A stretch of 64,000 nucleotides of DNA from NCBI GenBank assembly GCA_009780915.1, contig WQZD01000002.1, positions 185,499-249,498 on the forward strand, given 5' to 3'. The notes beneath the pieces are model-generated. The model was given only the letters and a program-made list of their open reading frames with translations, had not been told where the DNA came from and ran no database searches. The position numbers and the translations under genes were made by a program. Positions 16,514 through 27,118 of the stretch are shown here, piece by piece (positions within the stretch are counted from its first letter, which is position 1; each line of letters starts with the position of its first letter). Origin of the DNA: Propionibacteriaceae bacterium. GTDB taxonomy: Bacteria > Actinomycetota > Actinomycetes > Propionibacteriales > Propionibacteriaceae.

Positions 16514-17434
16514 TCAGTTCCGGTGGAGGTCGGCGTTCAACTCGACAGTGCGTCCGGCTCGTGGGAGAGCCTTGACGGCGCCGGAGACGGAGTCACGAAG
16601 GTACAGCCATCCCGACTGTCCGGACATGGTCTCGGCTTTGACGATCCGCCCGTCGGGGAGCGTGATCTTCGTCCCGGCCGTCACGTACAGCCCGGACTCG
16701 ACCACGCAGTCGTCGCCCAGGCTGATGCCGAGACCCGCCTGTGCGCCCAGGAGGCACCGCCTCCCGATGGAGACCGTCTCGCGGCCCCCTCCGGACAAGG
16801 TGCCCATGATGGAGGCGCCGCCGCCGATGTCGCTGCCGTCCATGACGGTCACGCCGGCCGACACCCGTCCTTCGACCATGGAGACGCCCAGGGTTCCGGC
16901 GTTGAAGTTGACGAATCCCTCGTGCATGACCGTCGTCCCCGGCGCCAGGTAGGCGCCCAGCCGGACCCGGTCGGCGTCGCCGATACGCACGCCACTCGGG
17001 ACGACATAGTCCACCATGCGGGGGAACTTGTCCACGGCGTACACGGTCACCGGTCCCATGGCGCGCAGTCCGGCCCGAGTCGTCTCGAAGTCGTCGCTAG
17101 CGCACGGGCCCACGGAGGTCCACACCACGGTGGGCAAGACGGTGAAGATCCCGTCGAGGTTGATCGTGCGAGGCTCGCACAGGCGATGAGACAACAGGTG
17201 GAGGCGCAGGTAGGCGTCGGGCACGCTGGCAGGCGGCTCGTCGAGGTCGATCCGCTGGTGGGTCACCTCCATGCGTACCCTCCGCACGCCCGCGGTGGGG
17301 TCCTCGCGCACGACAGGCTCAGGGCTGGAGGGAGCGGATTCTCCCAGGACGGGACACGGGTACCAACAGTCCAGCACGCCTTGGGTCTCATGGACGGTGG
17401 AGATGCCCACTCCGGTGGCGATCCGAGAAATCAT
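16514..17434 (-). CDS. dapD: Tetrahydrodipicolinate N-succinyltransferase
   Basis: Hexapeptide-repeat C-terminal half and actinobacterial DapD N-terminus. I chose the start at [10 protein letters not shown]. The longer track ORF runs antisense into dapE. Confidence 0.9.
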   Translation of the reverse strand: MISRIATGVGISTVHETQGVLDCWYPCPVLGESAPSSPEPVVREDPTAGVRRVRMEVTHQRIDLDEPPASVPDAYLRLHLLSHRLCEPRTINLDGIFTVLPTVVWTSVGPCASDDFETTRAGLRAMGPVTVYAVDKFPRMVDYVVPSGVRIGDADRVRLGAYLAPGTTVMHEGFVNFNAGTLGVSMVEGRVSAGVTVMDGSDIGGGASIMGTLSGGGRETVSIGRRCLLGAQAGLGISLGDDCVVESGLYVTAGTKITLPDGRIVKAETMSGQSGWLYLRDSVSGAVKALPRAGRTVELNADLHRN

Positions 17435-17579
17435 GATGATCAGCCTACTGGAGGTCGACAGACTTCTTCGGTGTTCCCCTGCGCGGTTCGCCCATGTCGG
17501 CCGGGCGTCCCCCCAGGGCAGCGAACCTGGTTCATGCGCGACCATGGCCGCCAGAGGGGGCGTTGATCCCGGTAGGCTG

Positions 17580-18653
17580 ATGGGCATGGCCAAGTGTGAG
17601 ACCCAGATCCGGGACCTTCTGAAGCAGATCGTGGACATCGAATCGGTCAGCGGTTCCGAGGACGCGTTGGCGGACATGGTGGACGAAACCTTGTCCGCGC
17701 ATCCGCATCTGACCCTGACACGAATGGGGAACACCATCGTGGCGCGCACGATGCTGGGTCGTGCCAGGAGGGTGGTCATCGCCGGACACCTCGACACCGT
17801 CCCCATCGCCGACAACCTCCCCAGCCACTGGGACCAGATCGACGGAAAAGATGTGTTGGTCGGTCGGGGCACGTGTGACATGAAAGGCGGGGTGGCCGTC
17901 CAACTCGACCTGGCCACGCGGCTGACCGACACGGTCGTGGATCTCACCTGGATCTTCTACGACATGGAGGAGGTCGAGGAGTCCAAGAACGGACTCGGAC
18001 GTCTCGCCCTCGCACACCCGGACCTCGTGCGGGCGGACATGGCCATCCTGATGGAGCCCAGCGACGGCTGGATCGAAGCAGGGTGCCAGGGGACTCTGCG
18101 CGTGCGGATCACCACCCATGGGGTGGCCGCGCATTCCGCACGGTCCTGGCTCGGGCACAACGCCATCCATGACATGGCAGGGGCGCTGGCCCAGCTCAAC
18201 GAGTACCCCGCGAGGGAGATCTGCGTGGACGGCCTGACGTACAGAGAAGGCCTCAACGCGGTGGGGATCAGCGGCGGGACGGCCGGGAACGTGATCCCGG
18301 ACCGATGCGACCTCCTCGTCAACTACCGCTTCGCTCCCGACAAGGACGTGCATCAGGCCGAGACTGTGGTGAGGGAGATCTTCGCCGGGTACGACGTCGA
18401 GGTGGTCGACGCCGCGCACGCCGCCCCTCCGGGACTGTCGTCGCCCGTCGTGGCCTCCTTCATCTCGCGGGTCGGCCATGTACGGCCCAAGTACGGCTGG
18501 ACGGACGTGGCCCGCTTCGCGCGACTGGGCGTCCCCGCCGTGAACTTCGGACCGGGTGATCCCAACCTGGCCCACACGGTCGCCGAGCGCGTCGACATCG
18601 ACACGGTGGTGCGATGCCGGGACCTCTTGGAGGAATGGCTGACCTACGCCTGA
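17580..18653 (+). CDS. dapE: Succinyl-diaminopimelate desuccinylase
   Basis: M20 peptidase motifs ([19 protein letters not shown]). Divergent from dapD. Start chosen at MGMAK. Confidence 0.9.
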   Translation: MGMAKCETQIRDLLKQIVDIESVSGSEDALADMVDETLSAHPHLTLTRMGNTIVARTMLGRARRVVIAGHLDTVPIADNLPSHWDQIDGKDVLVGRGTCDMKGGVAVQLDLATRLTDTVVDLTWIFYDMEEVEESKNGLGRLALAHPDLVRADMAILMEPSDGWIEAGCQGTLRVRITTHGVAAHSARSWLGHNAIHDMAGALAQLNEYPAREICVDGLTYREGLNAVGISGGTAGNVIPDRCDLLVNYRFAPDKDVHQAETVVREIFAGYDVEVVDAAHAAPPGLSSPVVASFISRVGHVRPKYGWTDVARFARLGVPAVNFGPGDPNLAHTVAERVDIDTVVRCRDLLEEWLTYA

Positions 18654-18699
18654 CACGTCGACGCCGGACGAGCAACGATAGGTTGTAGACTCGAATCCC

Positions 18700-19428
18700 A
18701 TGGATGAGGAATACGTGACTCGCGAGCAGACGCGCATCGTCCGGCGCACACGCACCGTCGATTTCATGACCGCTGATCAGTGGCTCCTGGCCGCCTCGGA
18801 CGACGGGTGGAGGAGCCACGACCCCTGGCGGGTGATGCGGATCCAGTCCGAATTCGTCGAGGGCTTTGAGAACCTCGCCGACCTCGGGCCGGCCATCTCG
18901 GTCTTCGGCTCGGCGAGGATGCGTCCCGAGGACCCCCTGTACACCCTCGCCCATCAGATCGGCGCGAGACTGGCGCGGGCCGGGTACGCGGTCGTCACAG
19001 GTGGTGGCCCGGGAGCGATGGAGGCGGCCAATCGTGGCGCCTTCGAAGAAGGCGGCCCCTCCATCGGGTTGGGCATCGAGTTGCCCTTCGAGCAGGCTCT
19101 CAACGAGTACCTGACCCTCGGGATCCAGTTCCGGTACTTCTTCGCGCGCAAGACGATGTTCCTCAAGTACTCCCAAGGTTTCGTCGTCATGCCCGGTGGT
19201 TTCGGAACCCTGGACGAGTTGTTCGAAGCCTTGGTCCTGGCGCAGACGGGCAAGGTCACCCGCTTCCCGATCGTCCTCGTGGGGCGTGAGTTCTGGACGG
19301 GGCTGCTCGAGTGGCTCCAGGACTCGGTCCTCGCACAGCACTTCATCGCCGATGTGGACGTGTCGTCGATTCCTGTGACCGACGATTTGGACGAGATTCT
19401 TGATATAGTCATCGGCAAGGAGGTTTGA
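18700..19428 (+). CDS. LOG-family (TIGR00730-type) nucleotide phosphoribohydrolase
   Basis: Motifs VVTGGGPGAMEAANRGA and PGGFGTLDELFE. Confidence 0.88.
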   Translation: MDEEYVTREQTRIVRRTRTVDFMTADQWLLAASDDGWRSHDPWRVMRIQSEFVEGFENLADLGPAISVFGSARMRPEDPLYTLAHQIGARLARAGYAVVTGGGPGAMEAANRGAFEEGGPSIGLGIELPFEQALNEYLTLGIQFRYFFARKTMFLKYSQGFVVMPGGFGTLDELFEALVLAQTGKVTRFPIVLVGREFWTGLLEWLQDSVLAQHFIADVDVSSIPVTDDLDEILDIVIGKEV

Positions 19429-19431
19429 TCC

Positions 19432-19770
19432 ATGGAATGGTTGCTCGCCGTCATCGCCGTGGCTGTGTTGGGACTGGCTGCCGTGGCGGCCGCCGGAGGA
19501 TTGGGCCAACTGGGCCCTGTCAGGGTGGACCGTCCGCCGCTCATCCTGCCCGAATCTGACATGACCGCCGAGGACCTTGAGGGCCTCCGTTTCCTCGTCG
19601 TCCCTCGCGGGTACGCCATGGAACAGGTGGACGAGGTCCTTGCTCGACTGCAAAATCAACTTCGTGCCGCGTCGAACTGCTTAGTAGGCCCTGGATCTGG
19701 AATAATAGACTCGACAGAACTGGGCGACAGAAGGAACCACGATGGCAGCGATGAAACCTCGCACGGGTGA
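19432..19770 (+). CDS. DivIVA-domain-containing small membrane protein
   Basis: N-terminal TM segment followed by RGYAMEQVDEVLARL (DivIVA N-terminal repeat motif). Confidence 0.7.
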   Translation: MEWLLAVIAVAVLGLAAVAAAGGLGQLGPVRVDRPPLILPESDMTAEDLEGLRFLVVPRGYAMEQVDEVLARLQNQLRAASNCLVGPGSGIIDSTELGDRRNHDGSDETSHG

Positions 19771-19912
19771 CGGACCGATTGAGGTGACCAAGGAGGGTCG
19801 AGGCATACTCTTGCGGTTCCCTGTGGACGGGGGAGGCCGTCTCGTCGTGGAGATGAACGTGGCGGAAGCCACCGGCCTCTACGAAGCGCTCAAGCCCGTC
19901 GTCGGGCAGTGA
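19742..19912 (+). CDS. DUF3117-family small protein (56 aa; below the ORF-track length cutoff)
   Basis: MAAMKPRTGDGPIEVTKEGRGILLRFPVDGGGRLVVEMNVAEA... matches the conserved actinobacterial DUF3117 pattern. A GAAGGA RBS is present. Confidence 0.75.
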   Translation: MAAMKPRTGDGPIEVTKEGRGILLRFPVDGGGRLVVEMNVAEATGLYEALKPVVGQ

Positions 19913-19931
19913 CCAGCCGCTGAGGGGACGT

Positions 19932-21122
19932 TCACCGTCCGGAGCGGAAGAGGTCAATCGCTCGACGGTAGACGTCGATGGTCTGGTCAGCCACAGCTTC
20001 CCATGAGAATGTGTCGATGCAGCGCGCCCGTCCGGCGGCGCCCATCGCAGCGGCTCGGCCCGGATTCCTCGTCAGGTCGTTGACAGCGTCGGCGAACCTG
20101 GCTTCGAAGTCGGCGACGGCGTCGGGATCCTCGGCTCGAGCGGGATCGTACGCCACGAGGACGCCTGTCTCGCCGTCGACGACCACTTCAGGGATCCCGC
20201 CCACGTTCGTGGCGACCACAGCCGTCTCACACGCCATGGCCTCCAGGTTGACGATGCCCAAGGGCTCGTAGATCGACGGGCAGGCGAACACCGTGGCGTG
20301 GGTGAGGATGCTGCGCAACTCGTCGCGGGGGACCATGTCCACCACCCAGGTCACATTCGACCGTGCGGCTTTCAGGTCCGAGAAGGCCTCCGTGAACTCT
20401 TGCTCGATCTGGGGGGTGTCGGGCGCGCCGGCGAGGAGGAGCACCTGGGTGTCCGGGTCGAACCGGGTGGCGGCCCGCACGAGATGGACGAGCCCCTTCT
20501 GACGTGTGATCCGCCCGACGAAGACCACGAGAGGGGCCTCCAGATCGATGCCGAGCTCGGTGAGGCGGGTCGTGTCGTGATCGGGATAGAAGTCGTCGGT
20601 GTCGATTCCGTTGCGCACGACGAAAACCCTGTCCGGGTCGAGGTCGGAGTAGGAGGCCAGGATGTCGGACCGCATGCCCTCGGACACGGAGATCACGGCT
20701 GTGGCGTCGAGGAAGGCGGTCTTCTCCGCCCAGCAGGACAGCCGGTAGCCGCCGCCCAACTGCTCGGCCTTCCAGGGGCGGTGGGGCTCCAAGGAGTGGG
20801 CGGTGACCACATGGGGGATGTCGAGCATCTTGGAGGCCATCAGGCCGGCCATGTTGGTGTACCAGGTGTGCGAATGCACGATGTCGACCTCGGGGATCGA
20901 GGCCGCCATGGCCACGTCCGTGCCGATCACGCGCAGGGCCGCGTTGGCGCCTTCGGGGAAGTTCTCCGGATGGGAGGTCGCGCCGGGTCGCGGCTCACCC
21001 ATGCACTGAACGTCCACCATCTCGCACCGGGGACGCAGATGGGCCACCAACTGCCCGACGTGAACACCGGCGCCACCATAGATGTAGGGAGGGTATTCAC
21101 GAGTGAGAACAGATATGCGCAT
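19932..21122 (-). CDS. glgA: Glycogen synthase / alpha-maltose-1-phosphate synthase (GT4, GlgA/GlgM type)
   Basis: MRISVLTREYPPYIYGGAGVHV start and C-terminal PSIYEPLGIVNLEAMACETAVVA. Divergent from glgC. Confidence 0.9.
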   Translation of the reverse strand: MRISVLTREYPPYIYGGAGVHVGQLVAHLRPRCEMVDVQCMGEPRPGATSHPENFPEGANAALRVIGTDVAMAASIPEVDIVHSHTWYTNMAGLMASKMLDIPHVVTAHSLEPHRPWKAEQLGGGYRLSCWAEKTAFLDATAVISVSEGMRSDILASYSDLDPDRVFVVRNGIDTDDFYPDHDTTRLTELGIDLEAPLVVFVGRITRQKGLVHLVRAATRFDPDTQVLLLAGAPDTPQIEQEFTEAFSDLKAARSNVTWVVDMVPRDELRSILTHATVFACPSIYEPLGIVNLEAMACETAVVATNVGGIPEVVVDGETGVLVAYDPARAEDPDAVADFEARFADAVNDLTRNPGRAAAMGAAGRARCIDTFSWEAVADQTIDVYRRAIDLFRSGR

Positions 21123-21241
21123 AACGGCATCGTCCCACATCTTCGGGCATTTGGGTACTCTCGGCCCGAGTCCACGCGTAGATTCTGCAAACTCCTGGAA
21201 GAAAGTTGTCATCTGGGCAAAAAGGCTTTAGCGTAGGCCAC

Positions 21242-22468
21242 ATGGCAGTCAGACCAAACGTTCTGTCGATCGTCCTAGCTGGGGGCGAGGGAAAGAGGCT
21301 CATGCCGCTCACAGCGGATCGAGCCAAACCCGCAGTTCCGTTCGGAGGGACCTACCGGTTGATCGACTTTGTGATGAGCAACCTCGTCAACTCGAATATG
21401 CGGAAGATTGCCGTGTTGACGCAGTACAAGTCTCATTCCCTCGATCGGCATATCTCCTTGACATGGAGGATGTCGACCCTGCTCAACCAGTACGTCACCT
21501 CTGTCCCGGCTCAGCAGAGGACGGGCAAGCAGTGGTTTCAGGGAAGTGCTGACGCCATCTATCAGTCCATGAATCTGATCTCGGACGAGGATCCTGACTA
21601 TGTCGTCGTCTTCGGAGCGGACAACATCTACCGCATGGACGTGGAGCAGATGCTGGACGCCCATATCGCCTCGGGTCTGTCTGCGACGGTGGCCGGTATT
21701 CGCGTTCCACGATCCCAGGGCGACCAGTTCGGGATCATCGACGCGAGCCCGTCGGGCAAAATATCTCGTTTCTTGGAGAAACCGAGCAACCCGCCCGGTC
21801 TGGCTGATTCTCCGGACGAGTGCTACGCATCCATGGGCAACTACATCTTCACCACCAAGGCCTTCGTCGACCTGCTGATCCAAGATGCATCCGACAATAA
21901 CTCACGTCATGACATGGGGGGCAACATCATCCCGGCTTTCGTCACTGGGGCGGACGCCGGCGTGTACGACTTCACGCTCAACGACATGCCTGGGGCCACG
22001 GACAAGGATCTGAACTACTGGAGGGACGTCGGCACGATCGACGCCTATCATGAGGCCCATATGGACCTGGTGAGCATCAACCCCGAATTCAACCTGTACA
22101 ATAGGAAATGGCCAATCTGGACGAACCAGGCGCAGTCTCCCGGAGCGAAATTCGTGTTGCGGGGCACTGCGGAAGATTCGATCGTGTCGGCCGGGTGCAT
22201 CATTTCAGGTGGTGACGTCGATCGTTCGGTGTTGAGTCCAGACTGTATGATTCACAAGTGGAGCCGAGTGGAAGAGTCGGTCCTCTTCACAGGTTGTCAG
22301 ATCGGTGAAGGGGCGGTTATACGCCGAGCCATACTGGACAAGAATGTGAGAGTGGCCCCCCGGGTGGAAGTGGGGGTCAACCACGATCATGACGCACAAC
22401 GAGGTTTCTTCGTGTCGCCGGAAGGCATCACGGTGGTGCCGAAGAACACAGTGGTGAGTGACAGCTAA
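21242..22468 (+). CDS. glgC: Glucose-1-phosphate adenylyltransferase
   Basis: [25 protein letters not shown] motif and a left-handed beta-helix C-terminus. Confidence 0.93.
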   Translation: MAVRPNVLSIVLAGGEGKRLMPLTADRAKPAVPFGGTYRLIDFVMSNLVNSNMRKIAVLTQYKSHSLDRHISLTWRMSTLLNQYVTSVPAQQRTGKQWFQGSADAIYQSMNLISDEDPDYVVVFGADNIYRMDVEQMLDAHIASGLSATVAGIRVPRSQGDQFGIIDASPSGKISRFLEKPSNPPGLADSPDECYASMGNYIFTTKAFVDLLIQDASDNNSRHDMGGNIIPAFVTGADAGVYDFTLNDMPGATDKDLNYWRDVGTIDAYHEAHMDLVSINPEFNLYNRKWPIWTNQAQSPGAKFVLRGTAEDSIVSAGCIISGGDVDRSVLSPDCMIHKWSRVEESVLFTGCQIGEGAVIRRAILDKNVRVAPRVEVGVNHDHDAQRGFFVSPEGITVVPKNTVVSDS

Positions 22469-22482
22469 TATGTGAGCGCGTG

Positions 22483-22511
22483 TTGAAGGAGGGGAAACCG
22501 GCGCTCATAAT
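22483..22511 (+). promoter_or_regulatory. Putative promoter of mihF (TTGAAG, 17-nt spacer, CATAAT)
   Basis: Hexamers with a 17-nt spacer lie about 25 nt upstream of an AAAGGAG RBS and the mihF ATG. Confidence 0.4.
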
Positions 22512-22537
22512 GTGATTAATATCCAAAGGAGATAACT

Positions 22538-22849
22538 ATGCCAATCCCAACGCTTTCTGCTGGAGAACTCGCGGCAGCACGGGCTAAGGCAATTGTGGTT
22601 CGGCGTGCGCGCACCGCGCTCAAGGACAAGGTGCGCTCTGGGCAGCTGACCCCGACCCAAGCCCTGACCGAGGCCATCGCCGATCCTCAGTTGAAGTTGA
22701 TCAAGGTTCAGGACTTTTTGAAGGCCGTCCCCCGGATCGGTGAGAAGAAGGCCGAAGCTTTGATGGAGAAGTATTCGATCGCCACCAGCCGTCGCCTGGG
22801 CGGGTTGGGCATCCACCAATTAGACGGGCTGAAGAGGGAACTTGGGTGA
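22538..22849 (+). CDS. mihF: Actinobacterial integration host factor
   Basis: 103 aa. The pattern ELAAARAKA...RIGEKKAEALMEK and its position upstream of gmk-rpoZ are both typical. Confidence 0.88.
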   Translation: MPIPTLSAGELAAARAKAIVVRRARTALKDKVRSGQLTPTQALTEAIADPQLKLIKVQDFLKAVPRIGEKKAEALMEKYSIATSRRLGGLGIHQLDGLKRELG

Positions 22850-23442
22850 CGTTCACACCGATAGTTCTCGTCGGACCGAGCGGAGTCGGCAAAGGGACCG
22901 TCTTGTCTGCGCTGCGCAGTCGCTGTCCCGAGATCTGGCTCTCCGTCTCGGTCACGACGCGTCTCCCACGACCGGGAGAGGTCGACGGCGAGCACTATTT
23001 CTTCCTCTCTGACGACGCCTTCGACTCGCTGATCGAGTCGGGGGGGTTGCTGGAGTGGGCGGCCTACCAGACATCCCGGTACGGGACGCCCAGGGCAGCG
23101 GTCGAGGAGAAAATCGGTGAAGGCAGGGCCGTGGTGATGGAGCTCGACGTGCAAGGAGCACGCCAGGTCGCCGCCCGGCTCGACGGGGTCCGTACGGTCT
23201 TCTTGGCGCCGCCCTCCTGGGAGGAGCTGCGCCGACGCCTGTACGGTCGAGGCACCGAAGCGGCCGACGTGATCGAGCGTCGACTCGACACCGCCCGTGG
23301 GGAGATGGACTTCATGGAGCACTGCGATCACGTCGTGGTCAACACAGAAGTGGAATCTGCCGTGCGAGAGCTGGTAAAATTGATCGGTCTGGCGGCCAGC
23401 GAGCAACCAGACCAGCGAGCTGAAAAGGATATTCACAGATGA
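22846..23442 (+). CDS. gmk: Guanylate kinase
   Basis: P-loop [12 protein letters not shown] start overlapping the mihF stop. Confidence 0.93.
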   Translation: MTFTPIVLVGPSGVGKGTVLSALRSRCPEIWLSVSVTTRLPRPGEVDGEHYFFLSDDAFDSLIESGGLLEWAAYQTSRYGTPRAAVEEKIGEGRAVVMELDVQGARQVAARLDGVRTVFLAPPSWEELRRRLYGRGTEAADVIERRLDTARGEMDFMEHCDHVVVNTEVESAVRELVKLIGLAASEQPDQRAEKDIHR

Positions 23443-23774
23443 CGAACACGCAAGAAGGCATCACGAGTCCCCCCATCGACGATTTGTTGGACAAGGTGGA
23501 TTCCAAGTATCGCCTCGTCTTGTTCGCTGCGCGGCGCGCACGCCAGATCAACGCGTACTATTCCCAACTCGGCGAGGGCCTGTTGGAGAACGTCGGTCCC
23601 CTCGTGGACGCGAACTCGCAAGAGAAGCCCCTGTCGATCGCCCTGCGGGAGATCGAGGCCAACTTGCTGGAGTGCCAGGAGATCGATCCCGAGGCGGAGG
23701 CGGCTGCCCGCGAGGAAGCTTTGAAAGAGTCCGCCTTCGATTTCACCAATCCCTTCGCTGACACCGATCTCTGA
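23439..23774 (+). CDS. rpoZ: DNA-directed RNA polymerase subunit omega
   Basis: [17 protein letters not shown] motif. ATGA overlap with gmk. Confidence 0.9.
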   Translation: MTNTQEGITSPPIDDLLDKVDSKYRLVLFAARRARQINAYYSQLGEGLLENVGPLVDANSQEKPLSIALREIEANLLECQEIDPEAEAAAREEALKESAFDFTNPFADTDL

Positions 23775-23878
23775 TCGAGGCCGAAACGGTCGCGTCGACA
23801 CCCCTGTGGGCACGAACGTGTCGTCGGGGGTGTCTATGATTGTGTCCGTCGGGCGGTCGCACAGGGAAGGAGCGCCAC

Positions 23879-25063
23879 ATGCAGAAATTGTTCACCTCTG
23901 AGTCGGTGACCGAAGGGCATCCGGACAAGATGGCCGATGCCATCTCGGACCGTGTCCTGGACGCCTTGTTGGCCCAGGACTCCACCAGCAGGGTGGCGGT
24001 CGAGACGCTGTTGACCACCGGTGCGGTGGTCGTGGCCGGCGAGGTGACGACCAACGGGTACGCCGAGGTCGCGCAAATCGTCCGTGACACCGTGTTGGAC
24101 ATCGGATACTCCTCGTCCAAGGTCGGCTTCGACGGCAACTCCTGCGGCGTGATGGTCGCCATCGGCAACCAGTCGCCGGACATCGCCCAAGGCGTGGACA
24201 AGGCCGAAGAGTCCCGAGACGGATCGGTGGACGCGTACGACCTGCAAGGCGCGGGCGACCAGGGTCTGATGTTCGGGTACGCCTGCCGGGAGACCGACAC
24301 GTTGATGCCGGCGCCGATCCACATGGCGCACCGCCTGTCGGAGCGACTGGCCGAGGTCCGCAAGACGGGGGTCCTCGCGTACCTGCGCCCCGACGGGAAG
24401 ACCCAGGTCACGTTCCGGTACGTCGATCACCAGCCGCGAGGACTCGACACGATCGTGGTCTCGGCACAGCACGATCCGGGCGTGAGCGAGCAGCAGATCC
24501 GCCAGGACATCATCACCCACGTGATCACACCGGTGGCGAGCAGGCTGGGATTCGGCTTGGACGACACCACGATCTTCGTCAACCCCACCGGCAGCTTCGT
24601 CATCGGAGGACCGATGGGAGACGCGGGTGTGACCGGCCGGAAGATCATCGTCGACACCTACGGCGGCATGGCCCGCCATGGGGGAGGCGCCTTCTCGGGC
24701 AAGGACCCGTCCAAGGTCGACCGCTCCGCGAGTTACGCGATGCGATGGGTGGCGAAGAACGTCGTCGCCGCGGGATTGGCCGATCGGTGCGAAGTCCAGG
24801 TGGCGTACGCCATCGGGCGCGCCCATCCTGTGGGGTTGTACGTCGACTGCTTCTCCACGGAGACTGTCCCCGAAGACCAGATCCGTGACGCCATCCTCGA
24901 CGTGTTCGACCTGCGGCCCAAGGCCATCATCGACTCGCTGGACCTGTTGCGTCCCATCTACTCGCAGGTGACCAACTACGGCCACTTCGGCCGCGAGTTG
25001 GAGTGCATGACCTGGGAGAGGACCGACCGGGCGGAGGCTCTCGCGGCCGCCGTGCGTGGCTGA
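23879..25063 (+). CDS. metK: S-adenosylmethionine synthase
   Basis: [19 protein letters not shown] and [16 protein letters not shown] motifs. A GGGAAGGAG RBS precedes the ATG at 23879. Confidence 0.95.
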   Translation: MQKLFTSESVTEGHPDKMADAISDRVLDALLAQDSTSRVAVETLLTTGAVVVAGEVTTNGYAEVAQIVRDTVLDIGYSSSKVGFDGNSCGVMVAIGNQSPDIAQGVDKAEESRDGSVDAYDLQGAGDQGLMFGYACRETDTLMPAPIHMAHRLSERLAEVRKTGVLAYLRPDGKTQVTFRYVDHQPRGLDTIVVSAQHDPGVSEQQIRQDIITHVITPVASRLGFGLDDTTIFVNPTGSFVIGGPMGDAGVTGRKIIVDTYGGMARHGGGAFSGKDPSKVDRSASYAMRWVAKNVVAAGLADRCEVQVAYAIGRAHPVGLYVDCFSTETVPEDQIRDAILDVFDLRPKAIIDSLDLLRPIYSQVTNYGHFGRELECMTWERTDRAEALAAAVRG

Positions 25064-25088
25064 TCCCGTACCCCTGGGGCCTCCACTC

Positions 25089-27008
25089 ATGATCGCGCAG
25101 GTCTATGTCGATGTCGGCGTCCCGCACCTCGACCGTCCTTTCGACTACCTCGTCCCCGAGGAATGGCACGAGAGGGCACGGGCCGGGACGCGCGTCAAAG
25201 TGCGATTCAGCGGTCGCAGCCTGCCCGGGTTCATCGTCGGACTCGCCGACGAGTCAGACGTGGACACCCTCGTTCCCTTGTCGGCCATCGTGTCCGACGA
25301 AGTGGTGATGCCCGCCTCCTCGGTGGCGCTGATCCGCGCGGTCGCCGATCACTGCGCAGGAGCCTTCATGGACGTCGCACGACTCGCCATCCCCCCGAGG
25401 GCCGCCCGCGCGGAAGCGGCCACCATGGGTGAGGTCGAGTCCTCTCCACGAGAATCACAGCCGTGTCCCATCGACCTCTATCCCGCGGGGACCGCCCTGA
25501 GGACGGCGCTACGCTCGGGGGCGTCCCCCCGCGTCACATGGACCGTCGCCGGGGTGTGCGGACCGGCGGGGGACTGGGCCGACGGGCTCGCCGGACTGAT
25601 CGGTGACACCCTCGCGAGCGGGAGGTCGGCGATCCTGGTCGTCCCGGACGCGCGGGACGTGCAGACGGCTCGTGCGGCGGTCACGCGAGTCGTCGAACCC
25701 GCCCATGTCGTGACGTTGTCCGCCGACAAGGGGCCGCAGGCCAGGTACAGGGCGTTCCTGGCGGGCGCCCGTGGGCACGCGCGGGTGGTCATCGGAACAC
25801 GTGCGACCGTGTACGCGCCCGTCCACGACCTCGGTCTGATCGCGGTGTGGGAGGAGGCGGACTCCTCCTTGGCGGAGCCCCATTTCCCGTACCCGAGTCT
25901 GCGGGACGTGGTGGCCATCCGGGCGAGCCAGACCCGCGCAGCCGTCGTCTTCGCGTCCTATTCCCGTTCGACCGAGATCCAGAACTGGGTGGACAAGGCA
26001 TGGTTGCACGAGGTCGCCATGCCCTCCGGCCAGGCGTCCTATGGCGCCCCGTTGGTGAGGATCGCGTCCCAGGTGGACAGAAGCCTCGACAGAGACCCGG
26101 CGGCCCACACGTCCCGACTTCCCCACGACGCCTTCACCGTCATCCAGAAGGGGGTCGCGTCGGGGCCGGTGCTCGTGTGGGTGCCCTGGGTCGGGCATCG
26201 ACGCAACTTCCTGTGCCCCCGCTGCGGCGAGGTGGCCCGGTGCTCCTGCGGCGGCGGCTTCGAGGAGCGCTCCTCGGGCGCCGTGTGCTGCCAGGTGTGC
26301 GCCCGTCCCGCCGCCGGATGGCGATGCTCGTGCGGGAGCACGCGCTGGTGGGCGGTGACCACGGGATCGGCACGCACGGCCGACGAGTTGGCGACCTCGT
26401 TTCGGACCATCCCGGTCCTGCGCTCGGATTCGACCCATCCCGTCGATGGGGTCGGCGCGGAACCGTGCATCGTCATCTCCACCCCTGGATGCGAGCCCCA
26501 CGCGGAAGGGGGGTACGCGGCGGCGGTCATCCTCGACGCCTCGGGCTTCTTGTCCCGTCCCGACATCCGGGTCGGCGAAGAGGCGGTCCGTCGATGGATG
26601 TCGGTGATGCCGTTGGTCCGCTCGGGTCGCGACGGAGGCACCGTGCTCATCGTGGGTCCGCCCCAGGACAGGGCCGTCCAGGCCGTCGTCCGTCAGGATC
26701 CTGCGGGATTCGCCCGTCGCGAGCTTCAGGACCGCCAGGAGGCCGGATTCCCGCCGTCGACGCGGATGGCGACGTTCACCGGCGACGAGGCCGCCTTGAC
26801 GAACGCGGCGACACAGTTGACCGGGTACGGATACGTGGAACTGATCGGCCCGGTCCAGGAGATCGACTCCGACGATTTCCGGCTGATCGCCCGGGTCCCG
26901 GCGAACAGGGGCGAGGACTTCGCGCGTCACCTGGGAGAGATGGCCGCCAAGCGCTCACAGGGCAAGAAGTCGGGGACGTACACCTGGAGGCTCGATCCCG
27001 TGTGGTGA
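25089..27008 (+). CDS. priA: Primosomal protein N' (PriA) homolog with degenerate ATPase motifs
   Basis: N-terminal MIAQVYVDVGVPHLDRPFDYLVP and a Cys-rich zinc region CPRCG...CSCG...CQVC...CSCGS. Walker A and B positions read GVCGPAGDWA and WEEAD. GTG at 25056 is an alternative start. Confidence 0.85.
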   Translation: MIAQVYVDVGVPHLDRPFDYLVPEEWHERARAGTRVKVRFSGRSLPGFIVGLADESDVDTLVPLSAIVSDEVVMPASSVALIRAVADHCAGAFMDVARLAIPPRAARAEAATMGEVESSPRESQPCPIDLYPAGTALRTALRSGASPRVTWTVAGVCGPAGDWADGLAGLIGDTLASGRSAILVVPDARDVQTARAAVTRVVEPAHVVTLSADKGPQARYRAFLAGARGHARVVIGTRATVYAPVHDLGLIAVWEEADSSLAEPHFPYPSLRDVVAIRASQTRAAVVFASYSRSTEIQNWVDKAWLHEVAMPSGQASYGAPLVRIASQVDRSLDRDPAAHTSRLPHDAFTVIQKGVASGPVLVWVPWVGHRRNFLCPRCGEVARCSCGGGFEERSSGAVCCQVCARPAAGWRCSCGSTRWWAVTTGSARTADELATSFRTIPVLRSDSTHPVDGVGAEPCIVISTPGCEPHAEGGYAAAVILDASGFLSRPDIRVGEEAVRRWMSVMPLVRSGRDGGTVLIVGPPQDRAVQAVVRQDPAGFARRELQDRQEAGFPPSTRMATFTGDEAALTNAATQLTGYGYVELIGPVQEIDSDDFRLIARVPANRGEDFARHLGEMAAKRSQGKKSGTYTWRLDPVW

Positions 27009-27118
27009 CGATCACGGGACGTCGTCAGGCGGACCCGTCGTCGACGCGCCCCCTTCCCGACATGATCCTGCCGAGGTCCGAAGAGGGTATGCTCGCCACC
27101 AGACGAGAGATGAGGAAG

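Noticed and set aside
23775-23878. Absence of coaBC between rpoZ and metK, where it sits in many actinobacteria.
   Set aside because: Gene order here varies between lineages and coaBC may be elsewhere in the genome. The 104-nt gap shows no gene remnant.
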